From NCBI GenBank assembly GCA_964016885.1, contig OZ024766.1, positions 13,578,001 to 13,642,000 of the forward strand: a stretch of DNA of 64,000 nucleotides. Direction: 5' to 3'. The DNA comes from Eledone cirrhosa. Lineage: Eukaryota. The position numbers and the translations under genes are program-made. This document shows positions 1 through 13,356 of this stretch, piece by piece; within the stretch, counting starts at the first letter, position 1; each line of letters begins with the position of its first letter. The notes under the pieces were generated by a model. The model was not told the origin of the DNA. It did not search any database and saw only the letters and a list, made by a program, of their open reading frames with translations.

Positions 1-3000
1 GACAGTGTCTTTAAGTAGAAATATGGCAATGAAAGGGTTAATGACATAGACAGTGTCTTTAAGTAGAAATATGTAATGAAAGGGTTAATGACATAGACAG
101 TGTCTTTAAGTAGAGATATGTAATGAAAGGGTTAATGACATAGACAGTGTCTTTAAGTAGAAATATGTAATGAAAGGGTTAATGACATAGACGGTGTCTT
201 TAAGTAGAGATATGTAATGAAAGGGTTAATGACATAGACAGTGTCTTTAAGTAGAGATATGTAATGAAAGGGTTAATGACATAGACAGTGTCTTTAAGTA
301 GAAATATGGCAATGAAAGGGTTAATGACATAGACAGTGTCTTTAAGTAGAGATATGTAATGAAAGGGTTAATGACATAGACAGTGTCTTTAAGTAGAAAT
401 ATGGTAATGAAAGGGTTAATGACATAGACAGTGTCTTTAAGTAGAGATATGTAATGAAAGGGTTAATGACATAGACAGTGTCTTTAAGTAGAGATATGTA
501 ATGAAAGTTTTAATGACATGTCTTTAAGTAGAAATATGGTAATGAAAGAGTTAATGACATAGACAGTGTCTTTCATTAGAAATATGGTAATGAAAGGGTT
601 AATGATATAGACAGTGTCTTTCATTAGAAATATGGTAATGAAAGGGTTAATGATATAGACAGTGTCTTTCATTAGAAATATGGTAATGAAGGGGTTAATG
701 ACATAGACTGTGTCTTTCATTAGAAATATGGTAATTAAAGGGTTAATGACATAGACAGTGTCTTTCATTAGAAATATGGTAATGAAAGGGTTAATCACAT
801 AGACGGTGTCTTTAAGTAGAGATATGTAATGAAAGGGTTAATGATATAGACAGTGTCTTTAAGTAGAGATATGTAATGAAAGGGTTAATGATATAGACAG
901 TATCTTTAAGTAGAGATATGGTAATGAAAGGGTTAATGACATAGACAGTGTCTTTAAGTAGAGATATGTAATGAAAGGATTAATGACATAGACGGTGTCT
1001 TTAAGTAGAGATATGTAATGAAAGGGTTAATGATATAGACAGTGTCTTTAAGTAGAGATATGGTAATGAAAGGGTTAATGACATAGACAGTGTCTTTAAG
1101 TAGAGATATGTAATGAAAGGGTTAATGACATAGACAGTGTCTTTAAGTAGAAATATGGTAATGAAAGGGTTAATGACATAGACAGTGTCTTTAAGTAGAG
1201 ATATGTAATGAAAGGTTTAATGATATAGACAGTGTCTTTAAGTAGAAATATGGTAATGAAAGGGTTAATGACATAGACAGTGTCTTTAAGTAGAGATATG
1301 TAATGAAAGTTTTAATGACATGTCTTTAAGTAGAAATATGGTAATGAAAGAGTTAATGACATAGACAGTGTCTTTCATTAGAAATATGGTAATGAAAGGG
1401 TTAATGATATAGACAGTGTCTTTCATTAGAAATATGGTAATGAAAGGGGTAATGACATAGACAGTGTCTTTAAGTAGAAATATGGTAATGAAAGGATTAA
1501 TGACATAGACAGTGTCTTTCATTAGAAATATGGTAATGAAAGATTATATGATATAGACAGTGTCTTTAAGTAGAGATATGGTAATGAAAGGATTAATGAC
1601 ATAGACAGTGTCTTTAAGTAGAAACTTGGTAATGAAAAGTTTAATGACATAGAGTCTATGTCATTAAGCCTTAATCCAAATATTCAATTACTTTCAATCA
1701 AGAAACAAATGCAAATATCCGACTAACTTGAATTTTCCCTCGGATTTTAAAATTATTTTACGTATTTTTTCTATATTAGTTTTTTGAACTTAATATTATT
1801 ATTTTTCTATTGTATTTCTTTATAATTATGTGAAGGCAAAAATATTTTATATTGTAACTTTTTATGTTAAATAATAAATGACTATAAAACTATACAAATT
1901 TTATATACTATATATTATAATAATTTCACAAAAGTCGCATTTATAGGTATATCAACTTATGCGGCCTCCTTTATTACTGCCTAATTTAAATGTGGCCTCT
2001 AATGGTAAAAAGGTTCCTCTCCTCTGACATAGACAGTGTCTTTCATTAGAAATATGGTAATGAAAGGGTTAATGACATAGACAGTGTCTTTAAGTAGAGA
2101 TATGTAATGAAAGGGTTAATGATATAGACAGTGTCTTTAAGTAGAAATATGGTAATGAAAGGGTTAATGACATAGACAGTTTCTTTAAGTAGAGATATGT
2201 AATGAAAGTTTTAATGACATGTCTTTAAGTAGAAATATGGTAATGAAAGAGTTAATGACATAGACAGTGTCTTTCATTAGAAATATGGTAATGAAAGGGT
2301 TAATGATAGAGACAGTGTCTTTCATTAGAAATATGGTAATGAAAGGGGTAATGACATAGACAGTGTCTTTAAGTAGAAATATGGTAATGAAAGGATTAAT
2401 GACATAGACAGTGTCTTTCATTAGAAATATGGTAATGAAAGATTAAATGATATAGACAGTGTCTTTAAGTAGAGATATGGTAATGAAAGGATTAATGACA
2501 TAGACAGTGTCTTTAAGTAGAAACTTGGTAATGAAAAGTTTAATGACATAGAGTCTATGTCATTAAACCTTAATCCAAATATTCAATTACTTTCAAGCAA
2601 GAAACAAATGCAAATATCCGATTAACTTGAATTTTCCCTCGGATTTTAAAATTATTTTACGTATTTTTTCTATATTAGTTTTTTGAACTTAATATTATTA
2701 TTTTTCTATTGTATTTCTTTATAATTATGTGAAGGCAAAAATATTTTATATTGTAACTTTTTATGTTAAATAATAAATGACTATAAAACTATACAAATTT
2801 TATATACTATATATTATAATAATTTCACAAAAGTCGCATTTATAGGTATATCAACTTATGCGGCCTCCTTTATTACTGCCTAATTTAAATGTGGCCTCTA
2901 AAGGTAAAAAGGTTCCTCTCCTCTGACATAGACAGTGTCTTTCATTAGAAATATGGTAATGAAAGGGTTAATGACATAGACAGTGTCTTTTATTAGAAAT

Positions 3001-3020
3001 GTGGTAATGAAAGGGTTAAT
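1..3020. repeat. 47/48-bp minisatellite interrupted by two copies of an AT-rich insert (899-bp tandem duplication)
   Basis: unit gacatagacagtgtctttcattagaaatatggtaatgaaagggttaat; 1656-2026 repeated at 2555-2925. Confidence 0.95.
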
Positions 3021-3035
3021 TACTACACCATATAC

Positions 3036-3173
3036 CTGTCTGACAGTTGCTACCTTCATAACCAGCAGCACATCCTCCACTAGAACACACACCTGTCTGT
3101 TTGTTACATTTACTGTTGTCAGCACAGTGACATGTGTTGCCACAGTTGGCTCCAAATTTACCTGATTTACAGA
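3036..3173 (-). CDS. EGF-like repeat exon, near-identical to 13111-13248
   Basis: ccag/GTATAT, 138 nt, open; 2 aa differ from its twin. Confidence 0.8.
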
Positions 3174-3281
3174 CTGGAAATAAAATATGAGAACAATGAC
3201 AATTATAACAACATTTACACTATACAAGATAATAAATATCACAATATTATATCATCTATATTATAGTGTTGTCATCTATAC

Positions 3282-6200
3282 CAGAGGTCGGCATCCTTTT
3301 GGGGCGTGCGGGCCACATTGCTATGGAGTGTCACACAGGCAGGCCACATTTCTATGCAGTGTCTCACTGGCAGGCCACATTGTTACGAAGTGTCTTGTCA
3401 GTTGCTCACATTGTTATACAGTGTCTTGTCAGCAGGCCACATAGCTATGGAGTGTCTTGTCAGCAGGCCACATAGCTATGGAGTGTCTTGTCAGCAGGCC
3501 ACATAGCTATGGAGTGCCTTGTCAGCAGGCCACATAGCTGTACAGTGTCTTGTCAGCAGGCCACATAGCTATGCAGTGTCTTGTCAGCAGGCCACATTTC
3601 TATAGAGTGTCTTGTCAGCAGGCCACATAGCTATGGAGTGTCTTGTCAGCAGGCCACATTGTTACGAAGTGTCTTGTCAGTTGCTCACATTGCAATACAG
3701 TGTCTTGTCAGCAGGCCACATAGCTATGGAGTGTCTCACCAGCAGGCCACATTGCTATACAGTGTCTTGTTAGCAGGCCACATAGCTATACAGTGTCTTG
3801 TCAGCAGGCCATATTGCTATGGAGTGTCTCACGAGCAGGCCACATAGCTATGGAGTGTCTTGTCAGCAGGCCACATTGCTATAGAGTGTCTTGTCAGCAG
3901 GCCACATAGCTATGGAGTGTCTCACCAGCAGGCCACATTGCTATGCAGTGTCTCACCAGCAGGCCACATAGCTATGCAGTGTCTCACCAGCAGGCCACAT
4001 AGCTATGCAGTGTCTCACCAGCAGGCCACATTGCTATGCAGTGTCTTGTCAGCAGGCCATATTGCTATGTAGTGTCTCACCAGCAGGCCACATAGCTATG
4101 TAGTGTCTCGTCAGCAGGCCACATAGCTATGGAGTGTCTTGTCGGCAGACCACATAGCTATGCAGTGTCTCACTAGCAGGCCACATAGCTATGCAGTGTC
4201 TCACCAGCAGGCCACATTGCTATGTAGTGTCTCACCAGCAGGCCACATTACTATGTAGTGTCTCACCAGCAGGCCACATTGCTATGTAGTGTCTTGTCAG
4301 CAGGCCACATAGCTATGTAGTGTCTCGTCAACAGGCCACATAGCTATGTAGTGTCTCACCAGCAGGCCACATTGCTATGTAGTGTCTCACCAGCAGGCCA
4401 CATTGCTATGTAGTGTCTCACCAGCAGGCCACATTGCTATGTAGTGTCTTGTCAGCAGGCCACATAGCTATGTAGTGTCTCGTCAGCAGGCCACATAGCT
4501 ATGGAGTGTCTTGTCGGCAGGCCACATAGCTATGGAGTGTCTCACCAGCAGGCCACATTGCTATACAGTGTCTTGTCAGCAGGCCACATAGCTATGGAGT
4601 GTCTTGTCAGCAGGCCACATAGCTATGGAGTGTCTCACCAGCAGGCCACATTGCTATACAGTGTCTTGTCAGCAGGCCACATAGCTATGGAGTGTCTTGT
4701 CAGCAGGCCACATAGCTATGGAGTGTCTCACCAGCACGCCACATTGCTATACAGTGTCTTGTCAGCAGGCCACATAGCTATACAGTGTCTTGTCAGCAGG
4801 CCATATTGCTATGGAGTGTCTCACCAGCAGGCCACATAGCTATGGAGTGTCTTGTCAGCGGGCCACATAGCTATGGAGTGTTTCAGCAGCAGGCCACATA
4901 GCTATGCAGTGTCTTGTCAGCAGGCCATATTGCTATGCAGTGTCTTGCCAGCAGGCCACATTGCTATAGAGTGTCTTGTCAGCAGGCCACATAGCCATGG
5001 AGTGTCTCACCAGCAGGCCACATTGCTATGCAGTGTCTCACCAGCATGCCACATAGCTATGTAGTGTCTTGTAAACAGGCCACATAGCTATGCAGTGTCT
5101 CACCAGCAGGCCACATAGCTATGCAGTGTCTCACCAGCAGGCCACATTGCTATGCAGTGTCTCACCAGCAGGCCACATTGCTATGTAGTGTTTCACCAGC
5201 AGGCCACATTGCTATGTAGTGTCTCACCAGCAGGCCACATTGCTATGTAGTGTCTTGTCAGCAGGCCATATTGCTATGCAGTTTCTCACCAGCAGGCCAC
5301 ATAGCTATGTAGTGTCTTGTCAGCAGGCCACATAGCTATGCAGTGTCTCACCAGCAGGCCACATTGCTATGCAGTGTCTCACCAGCAGGCCACATTGCTA
5401 TGCAGTGTCTTGTCAGCAGGCCATATTGCTATGTAGTGTCTCACCAGCAGGCCACATAGCTATGTAGTGTCTCGTCAGCAGGCCACATAGCTATGGAGTG
5501 TCTTGTCGGCAGGCCACATAGCTATGCAGTGTCTCACCAGCAGGCCACATAGCTATGCAGTGTCTCACCAGCAGGCCACATAGCTATGGAGTGTCTCACC
5601 AGCAGGCCACATAGCTATGGAGTGTCTCACCAGCAGGCCACATTGCTATGCAGTTTCTCACCAGCAGGCCACATTGCTATGTAGTGTCTCACCAGCAGGC
5701 CACATTGCTATGCAGTTTCTCACCAGCAGGCTACATAGCTATGTAGTGTCTCACCAGCAGGCCACATAGCTATGTAGTGTCTCACCAGCAGGCCACATAG
5801 CTATGTAGTGTCTCACCAGCAGGCCACATAGCTATGTAGTGTCTCACCAGCAGGCCACATAGCTATGTAGTGTCTCGTCAGCAGGCCACATAGCTATGGA
5901 GTGTCTTGTCGGCAGGCCACATAGCTATGGAGTGTCTCACCAGCAGGCCACATAGCTATGTAGTGTCTCGTCAACAGGCCACATAGCTATGGAGTGTCTT
6001 GTCAGCAGGCCACATTGCTATAGAGTGTCTTGTCAGCAGGCCACATAGCTATGGAGTGTCTCACCAGCAGGCCACATAGCTATGGAGTGTCTCACCAGCA
6101 GGCCACATAGCTATGCAGTGTCTCACCAGCAGGCCACATAGCTATGCAGTGTCTCACCAGCAGGCCACATTGCTATGCAGTGTCTTGTCAGCAGGCCATA

Positions 6201-9200
6201 TTGCTATGTAGTGTCTCACCAGCAGGCCACATAGCTATGTAGTGTCTCGTCAGCAGGCCACATAGCTATGGAGTGTCTTGTCGGCAGACCACATAGCTAT
6301 GCAGTGTCTCACTAGCAGGCCACATAGCTATGCAGTGTCTCACCAGCAGGCCACATTGCTATGTAGTGTCTCACCAGCAGGCCACATTGCTATGTAGTGT
6401 CTCACCAGCAGGCCACATTGCTATGTAGTGTCTTGTCAGCAGGCCACATAGCTATGTAGTGTCTCGTCAACAGGCCACATAGCTATGTAGTGTCTCACCA
6501 GCAGGCCACATTGCTATGTAGTGTCTCACCAGCAGGCCACATTGTTATGTAGTGTCTCACCAGCAGGCCACATAGCTATGGAGTGTCTCACCAGCAGGCC
6601 ACATTGCTATGTAGTGTCTCACCAGCAGGCCACATTGCTATGTAGTGTCTCACCAGCAGGCCACATTGCTATGTAGTGTCTTGTCAGCAGGCCACATAGC
6701 TATGTAGTGTCTCGTCAGCAGGCCACATAGCTATGGAGTGTCTTGTCGGCAGGCCACATAGCTATGGAGTGTCTCACCAGCAGGCCACATAGCTATGGAG
6801 TATCTCACCAGCAGGCCACATTGTTACGAAGTGTCTTGTCAGTTGCTCACATTGCAATACAGTGTCTTGTCAGCAGGCCACATAGTTATGGAGTGTCTTG
6901 TCAGCAGGCCACATAGCTATGGAGTGTCTCACCAGCAGGCCACATTGCTATACAGTGTCTTGTCAGCAGGCCACATAGCTATGGAGTGTCTTGTCAGCAG
7001 GCCACATAGCTATGGAGTGTCTCAACAGCAGGCCACATTGCTATACAGTGTCTTGTCAGCAGGCCACATAGCTATACAGTGTCTTGTCAGCAGGCCATAT
7101 TGCTATGGAGTGTCTCACCAGCAGGCCACATAGCTATGGAGTGTCTTGTCAGCGGGCCACATAGCTATGGAGTGTTTCACCAGCAGGCCACATAGCTATG
7201 CAGTGTCTTGTCAGCAGGCCACATACAGTGTCTTGTCAGCAGGCCATATTGCTATGCAGTGTCTTGTCAGCAGGCCACATTACTATAGAGTGTCTTGTCA
7301 GCAGGCCACATAGCCATGGAGTGTCTCACCAGCAGGCCACATTGCTATGCAGTGTCTCACCAGCATGCCACATAGCTATGTAGTGTCTTGTAAACAGGCC
7401 ACATAGCTATGCAGTGTCTCACCAGCAGGCCACATAGCTATGCAGTGTCTCACCAGCAGGCCACATTGCTATGCAGTGTCTCACCAGCAGGCAACATTGC
7501 TATGTAGTGTCTCACCAGCAGGCCACATTGCTATGTAGTGTCTCACCAGCAGGCCACATTGCTATGTAGTGTCTTGTCAGCAGGCCACATTGCTATGCAG
7601 TGTCTCACCAGCAGGCCACATTGCTATGCAGTGTCTTGTCAGCAGGCCATATTGCTATGTAGTGTCTCACCAGCAGGCCACATAGCTATGTAGTGTCTCG
7701 TCAGCAGGCCACATAGCTATGGAGTGTCTTGTCGGCAGGCCACATAGCTATGCAGTGTCTCACCAGCAGGCCACATAGCTATGCAGTGTCTCACCAGCAG
7801 GCCACATAGCTATGGAGTGTCTCACCAGCAGGCCACATAGCTATGGAGTGTCTCACCAGCAGGCCACATAGCTATGGAGTGTCTCACCAGCAGGCCACAT
7901 TGCTATGCAGTTTCTCACCAGCAGGCCACATTGCTATGTAGTTTCTCACCAGCAGGCTACATAGCTATGTAGTGTCTCACCAGCAGGCCACATAGCTATG
8001 TAGTGTCTCACCAGCAGGCCACATAGCTATGTAGTGTCTCACCAGCAGGCCACATAGCTATGTAGTGTCTCACCAGCAGGCCACATAGCTATGTAGTGTC
8101 TCGTCAGCAGGCCACATAGCTATGGAGTGTCTTGTCGGCAGGCCACATAGCTATGGAGTGTCTCACCAGCAGGCCACATAGCTATGTAGTGTCTCGTCAA
8201 CAGGCCACATAGCTATGGAGTGTCTTGTCAGCAGGCCACATTGCTATAGAGTGTCTTGTCAGCAGGCCACATAGCTATGGAGTGTCTCACCAGCAGGCCA
8301 CATTGCTATGCAGTGTCTCACCAGCAGGCCACATAGCTATGCAGTGTCTCACCAGCAGGCCACATAGCTATGCAGTGTCTCACCAGCAGGCCACATTGCT
8401 ATGCAGTGTCTTGTCAGCAGGCCATATTGCTATGTAGTGTCTCACCAGCAGGCCACATAGCTATGTAGTGTCTCGTCAGCAGGCCACATAGCTATGGAGT
8501 GTCTTGTCGGCAGACCACATAGCTATGCAGTGTCTCACTAGCAGGCCACATAGCTATGCAGTGTCTCACCAGCAGGCCACATTGCTATGTAGTGTCTCAC
8601 CAGCAGGCCACATTGCTATGTAGTGTCTCACCAGCAGGCCACATTGCTATGTAGTGTCTTGTCAGCAGGCCACATAGCTATGTAGTGTCTCGTCAACAGG
8701 CCACATAGCTATGTAGTGTCTCACCAGCAGGCCACATTGCTATGTAGTGTCTCACCAGCAGGCCACATTGCTATGTAGTGTCTCACCAGCAGGCCACATA
8801 GCTATGGAGTGTCTTGTCGGCAGGCCACATAGCTATGGAGTGTCTCACCAGCAGGCCACATAGCTATGGAGTATCTCACCAGCAGGCCACATTGTTACGA
8901 AGTGTCTTGTCAGTTGCTCACATTGCAATACAGTGTCTTGTCAGCAGGCCACATAGTTATGGAGTGTCTTGTCAGCAGGCCACATAGCTATGGAGTGTCT
9001 CACCAGCAGGCCACATTGCTATACAGTGTCTTGTCAGCAGGCCACATAGCTATGGAGTGTCTTGTCAGCAGGCCACATAGCTATGGAGTGTCTCACCAGC
9101 AGGCCACATTGCTATACAGTGTCTTGTCAGCAGGCCACATAGCTATACAGTGTCTTGTCAGCAGGCCATATTGCTATGGAGTGTCTCACCAGCAGGCCAC

Positions 9201-12200
9201 ATAGCTATGGAGTGTCTTGTCAGCGGGCCACATAGCTATGGAGTGTTTCACCAGCAGGCCACATAGCTATGCAGTGTCTTGTCAGCAGGCCACATACAGT
9301 GTCTTGTCAGCAGGCCATATTGCTATGCAGTGTCTTGTCAGCAGGCCACATTACTATAGAGTGTCTTGTCAGCAGGCCACATAGCCATGGAGTGTCTCAC
9401 CAGCAGGCCACATTGCTATGCAGTGTCTCACCAGCATGCCACATAGCTATGTAGTGTCTTGTAAACAGGCCACATAGCTATGCAGTGTCTCACCAGCAGG
9501 CCACATAGCTATGCAGTGTCTCACCAGCAGGCCACATTGCTATGCAGTGTCTCACCAGCAGGCAACATTGCTATGTAGTGTCTCACCAGCAGGCCACATT
9601 GCTATGTAGTGTCTCACCAGCAGGCCACATTGCTATGTAGTGTCTTGTCAGCAGGCCACATTGCTATGCAGTGTCTCACCAGCAGGCCACATTGCTATGC
9701 AGTGTCTTGTCAGCAGGCCATATTGCTATGTAGTGTCTCACCAGCAGGCCACATAGCTATGTAGTGTCTCGTCAGCAGGCCACATAGCTATGGAGTGTCT
9801 TGTCGGCAGGCCACATAGCTATGCAGTGTCTCACCAGCAGGCCACATAGCTATGCAGTGTCTCACCAGCAGGCCACATAGCTATGGAGTGTCTCACCAGC
9901 AGGCCACATAGCTATGGAGTGTCTCACCAGCAGGCCACATTGCTATGCAGTTTCTCACCAGCAGGCCACATTGCTTTGTAGTGTCTCACCAGCAGGCCAC
10001 ATTGCTATGCAGTTTCTCACCAGCAGGCTACATAGCTATGTAGTGTCTCACCAGCAGGCCACATAGCTATGTAGTGTCTCACCAGCAGGCCACATAGCTA
10101 TGTAGTGTCTCACCAGCAGGCCACATAGCTATGTAGTGTCTCGTCAGCAGGCCACATAGCTATGGAGTGTCTTGTCGGCAGGCCACATAGCTATGGAGTG
10201 TCTCACCAGCAGGCCACATAGCTATGTAGTGTCTCGTCAGCAGGCCACATAGCTATGGAGTGTCTTGTCGGCAGGCCACATAGCTATGGAGTGTCTCACC
10301 AGCAGGCCACATAGCTATGGAGTGTCTCACCAGCAGGCCACATTGCTATGTAGTGTCTCACCAGCAGGCCACATAGCTATGGAGTGTCTCACCAGCAGGC
10401 CACATTGCTATGTAGTGTCTCACCAGCAGGCCACATAGCTATGTAGTGTCTCGTCAGCAGGCCACATAGCTATGGAGTGTCTTGTCGGCAGGCCACATAG
10501 CTATGGAGTGTCTCACCAGCAGGCCACATAGCTATGGAGTGTCTTGTCAGCAGGCCACATTGCTATGTAGTGTCTCACCAGCAGGCCACATAGCTATGGA
10601 GTGTCTCACCAGCAGGCCACATTGCTATGCAGTGTCTCACCAGCATGCCACATAGCTATGTAGTGTCTTGTAAACAGGCCACATAGCTATGCAGTGTCTC
10701 ACCAGCAGGCCACATAGCTATGCAGTGTCTCACCAGCAGGCCACATTGCTATGCAGTGTCTCACCAGCAGGCAACATTGCTATGTAGTGTCTCACCAGCA
10801 GGCCACATTGCTATGTAGTGTCTCACCAGCAGGCCACATTGCTATGTAGTGTCTTGTCAGCAGGCCACATTGCTATGCAGTGTCTCACCAGCAGGCCACA
10901 TTGCTATGCAGTGTCTTGTCAGCAGGCCATATTGCTATGTAGTGTCTCACCAGCAGGCCACATAGCTATGTAGTGTCTCGTCAGCAGGCCACATAGCTAT
11001 GGAGTGTCTTGTCGGCAGGCCACATAGCTATGCAGTGTCTCACCAGCAGGCCACATAGCTATGCAGTGTCTCACCAGCAGGCCACATAGCTATGGAGTGT
11101 CTCACCAGCAGGCCACATAGCTATGGAGTGTCTCACCAGCAGGCCACATTGCTATGCAGTTTCTCACCAGCAGGCCACATTGCTTTGTAGTGTCTCACCA
11201 GCAGGCCACATTGCTATGCAGTTTCTCACCAGCAGGCTACATAGCTATGTAGTGTCTCACCAGCAGGCCACATAGCTATGTAGTGTCTCACCAGCAGGCC
11301 ACATAGCTATGTAGTGTCTCACCAGCAGGCCACATAGCTATGTAGTGTCTCGTCAGCAGGCCACATAGCTATGGAGTGTCTTGTCGGCAGGCCACATAGC
11401 TATGGAGTGTCTCACCAGCAGGCCACATAGCTATGTAGTGTCTCGTCAGCAGGCCACATAGCTATGGAGTGTCTTGTCGGCAGGCCACATAGCTATGGAG
11501 TGTCTCACCAGCAGGCCACATAGCTATGGAGTGTCTCACCAGCAGGCCACATTGCTATGTAGTGTCTCACCAGCAGGCCACATAGCTATGGAGTGTCTCA
11601 CCAGCAGGCCACATTGCTATGTAGTGTCTCACCAGCAGGCCACATAGCTATGTAGTGTCTCGTCAGCAGGCCACATAGCTATGGAGTGTCTTGTCGGCAG
11701 GCCACATAGCTATGGAGTGTCTCACCAGCAGGCCACATAGCTATGGAGTGTCTTGTCAGCAGGCCACATTGCTATGTAGTGTCTCACCAGCAGGCCACAT
11801 AGCTATGGAGTGTCTCACCAGCAGGCCACATTGCTATGTAGTGTCTCGTCAGCAGGCCACATAGCTATGCAGTATCTCATCAGCAGGCCGCATTGCTATG
11901 TAGTGTCTCGTCGGCAGGCCATGATATAAAATAAGTAATGAGAACATATGTAAAAATTAATGCAGTAATATAATAAAATACTCTGACAATTTTAATAAAC
12001 TCTGACAAAGCCATGACACCTGGCAGTGTATTTAAACCAGGGTTGCCATTTGTTCATTGAACATATTTACTTCTAATAATACTGAACACTTTTAACATAG
12101 AAAAATAAATAAACATTGATTATTATCAAATACAGTCCCTTACAGATGTTTTACTAGGAGACAGCTAACTAAAATGAACAATTTTGAGGATGAAATGAAA

Positions 12201-12555
12201 TAACTATGTCAGACATACTGACTTTTTTAGGTAAGTCTGGGTCATTTCACATCCCTGCCATACAGATACTATGTATGTACATATATACACGAATACACAC
12301 ACACAGTCCCTTTGACCTCGATGTCTGACTATTGTATCTCTCTGAGTTTGATTGTTTCTTACTGTCACATTAAAACATTACGTTCAGTTAAGTGAGTCTT
12401 GTGGTTAGACGTGTTCTCTAGTTGGTATTTTAATCCCAAATAATTCAGAACACTTTTTCAGGGGATCGCTTAGTCTAAGATTGAAACCTGTCGGCAGGCC
12501 AGATGTGGCCCGCGGGCCAGATGTGGCCTACGGGCCAGGGATTTAATGACCCCTA
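3282..12555 (+). mobile_element. Non-autonomous hAT (Charlie/Buster-type) element swollen by an internal satellite
   Basis: ends CAGAGGTCGGCA / TGACCCCTA, subterminal GGCCCGCGGGCC, 8-bp TSD ATCTATAC at 3274-3281 and 12556-12563. Confidence 0.85.
3310..11920. repeat. 31-bp satellite, about 278 units, with higher-order blocks
   Basis: unit cagcaggccacatagctatggagtgtctcac. Confidence 0.97.
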
Positions 12556-12915
12556 ATCTATACTATAGTGATATCAACTATTTTATATCTATATCATCTG
12601 TACTATATCCCTACAACCTATATTATATCTATAGCTATACTATATCTATTCCTCTATATTATATCTATTGAAGGCGCAAGGATTAGTGGTAAGAGCGTCA
12701 GGCTTACAATCATAAAGTTGTGAGTTCGATGCCTGAATCTTACTGTGTTTTGTGTTCTTGAACAACTCACTTTATTTCATGTTGCTCAAGATACTCTGCT
12801 ATAGAAATGAGTTGTGATGTCACACTTTCAATAGGAACACACACCTGTCTCTCAGTTACACCTGCTGTTGTTTTATTTCAATATATTATGCTACAACAAA
12901 GTTATGCTCCATCAC

Positions 12916-13095
12916 TTATCTTATTAGAAATATGGTAATGAAAGGGTTAATGACATAGACAGTGTCTTTCATTATAAATGTGGTAATGAAAGGGTTAATG
13001 ACATAGACAGTGTCTTTCATTAGAAATGTGGTAATGAAAGGGTTAATGACATAGACAGTGTCTTTCATTAGAAATGTGGTAATGAAAGGGTTAAT
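12916..13095. repeat. 48-bp minisatellite, short array
   Basis: same unit as 1-3020. Confidence 0.9.
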
Positions 13096-13110
13096 TACTA
13101 CACCATATAC

Positions 13111-13248
13111 CTGTATGACAGTTGCTACCTTCATAACCAGCAGCACATCCTCCACTAGAACACACACCTGTCTGTTTGTTACATTTACTGTTGTCAACAC
13201 AGTGACATGTGTTGCCACAGTTGGCTCCAAATTTACCTGATTTACAGA
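13111..13248 (-). CDS. EGF-like repeat exon CKSGKFGANCGNTCHCVDNSKCNKQTGVCSSGGCAAGYEGSNCHT
   Basis: ccag acceptor, weaker GTATAT donor, 138 nt, open. Confidence 0.8.
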
Positions 13249-13356
13249 CTGGAAATAAAATATGAGAACAATGACAATTATAACAACATTTACACTATAC
13301 AAGATAATAAATATCACAATATTATATCATCTATATTATAGTGTTGTCATCTATAC

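Noticed and set aside
2898-3242. ORF-track proteins over the EGF exons (VNLEPTVATHV...)
   Set aside because: Wrong frame; the Cys-rich frame bounded by splice sites is the real one
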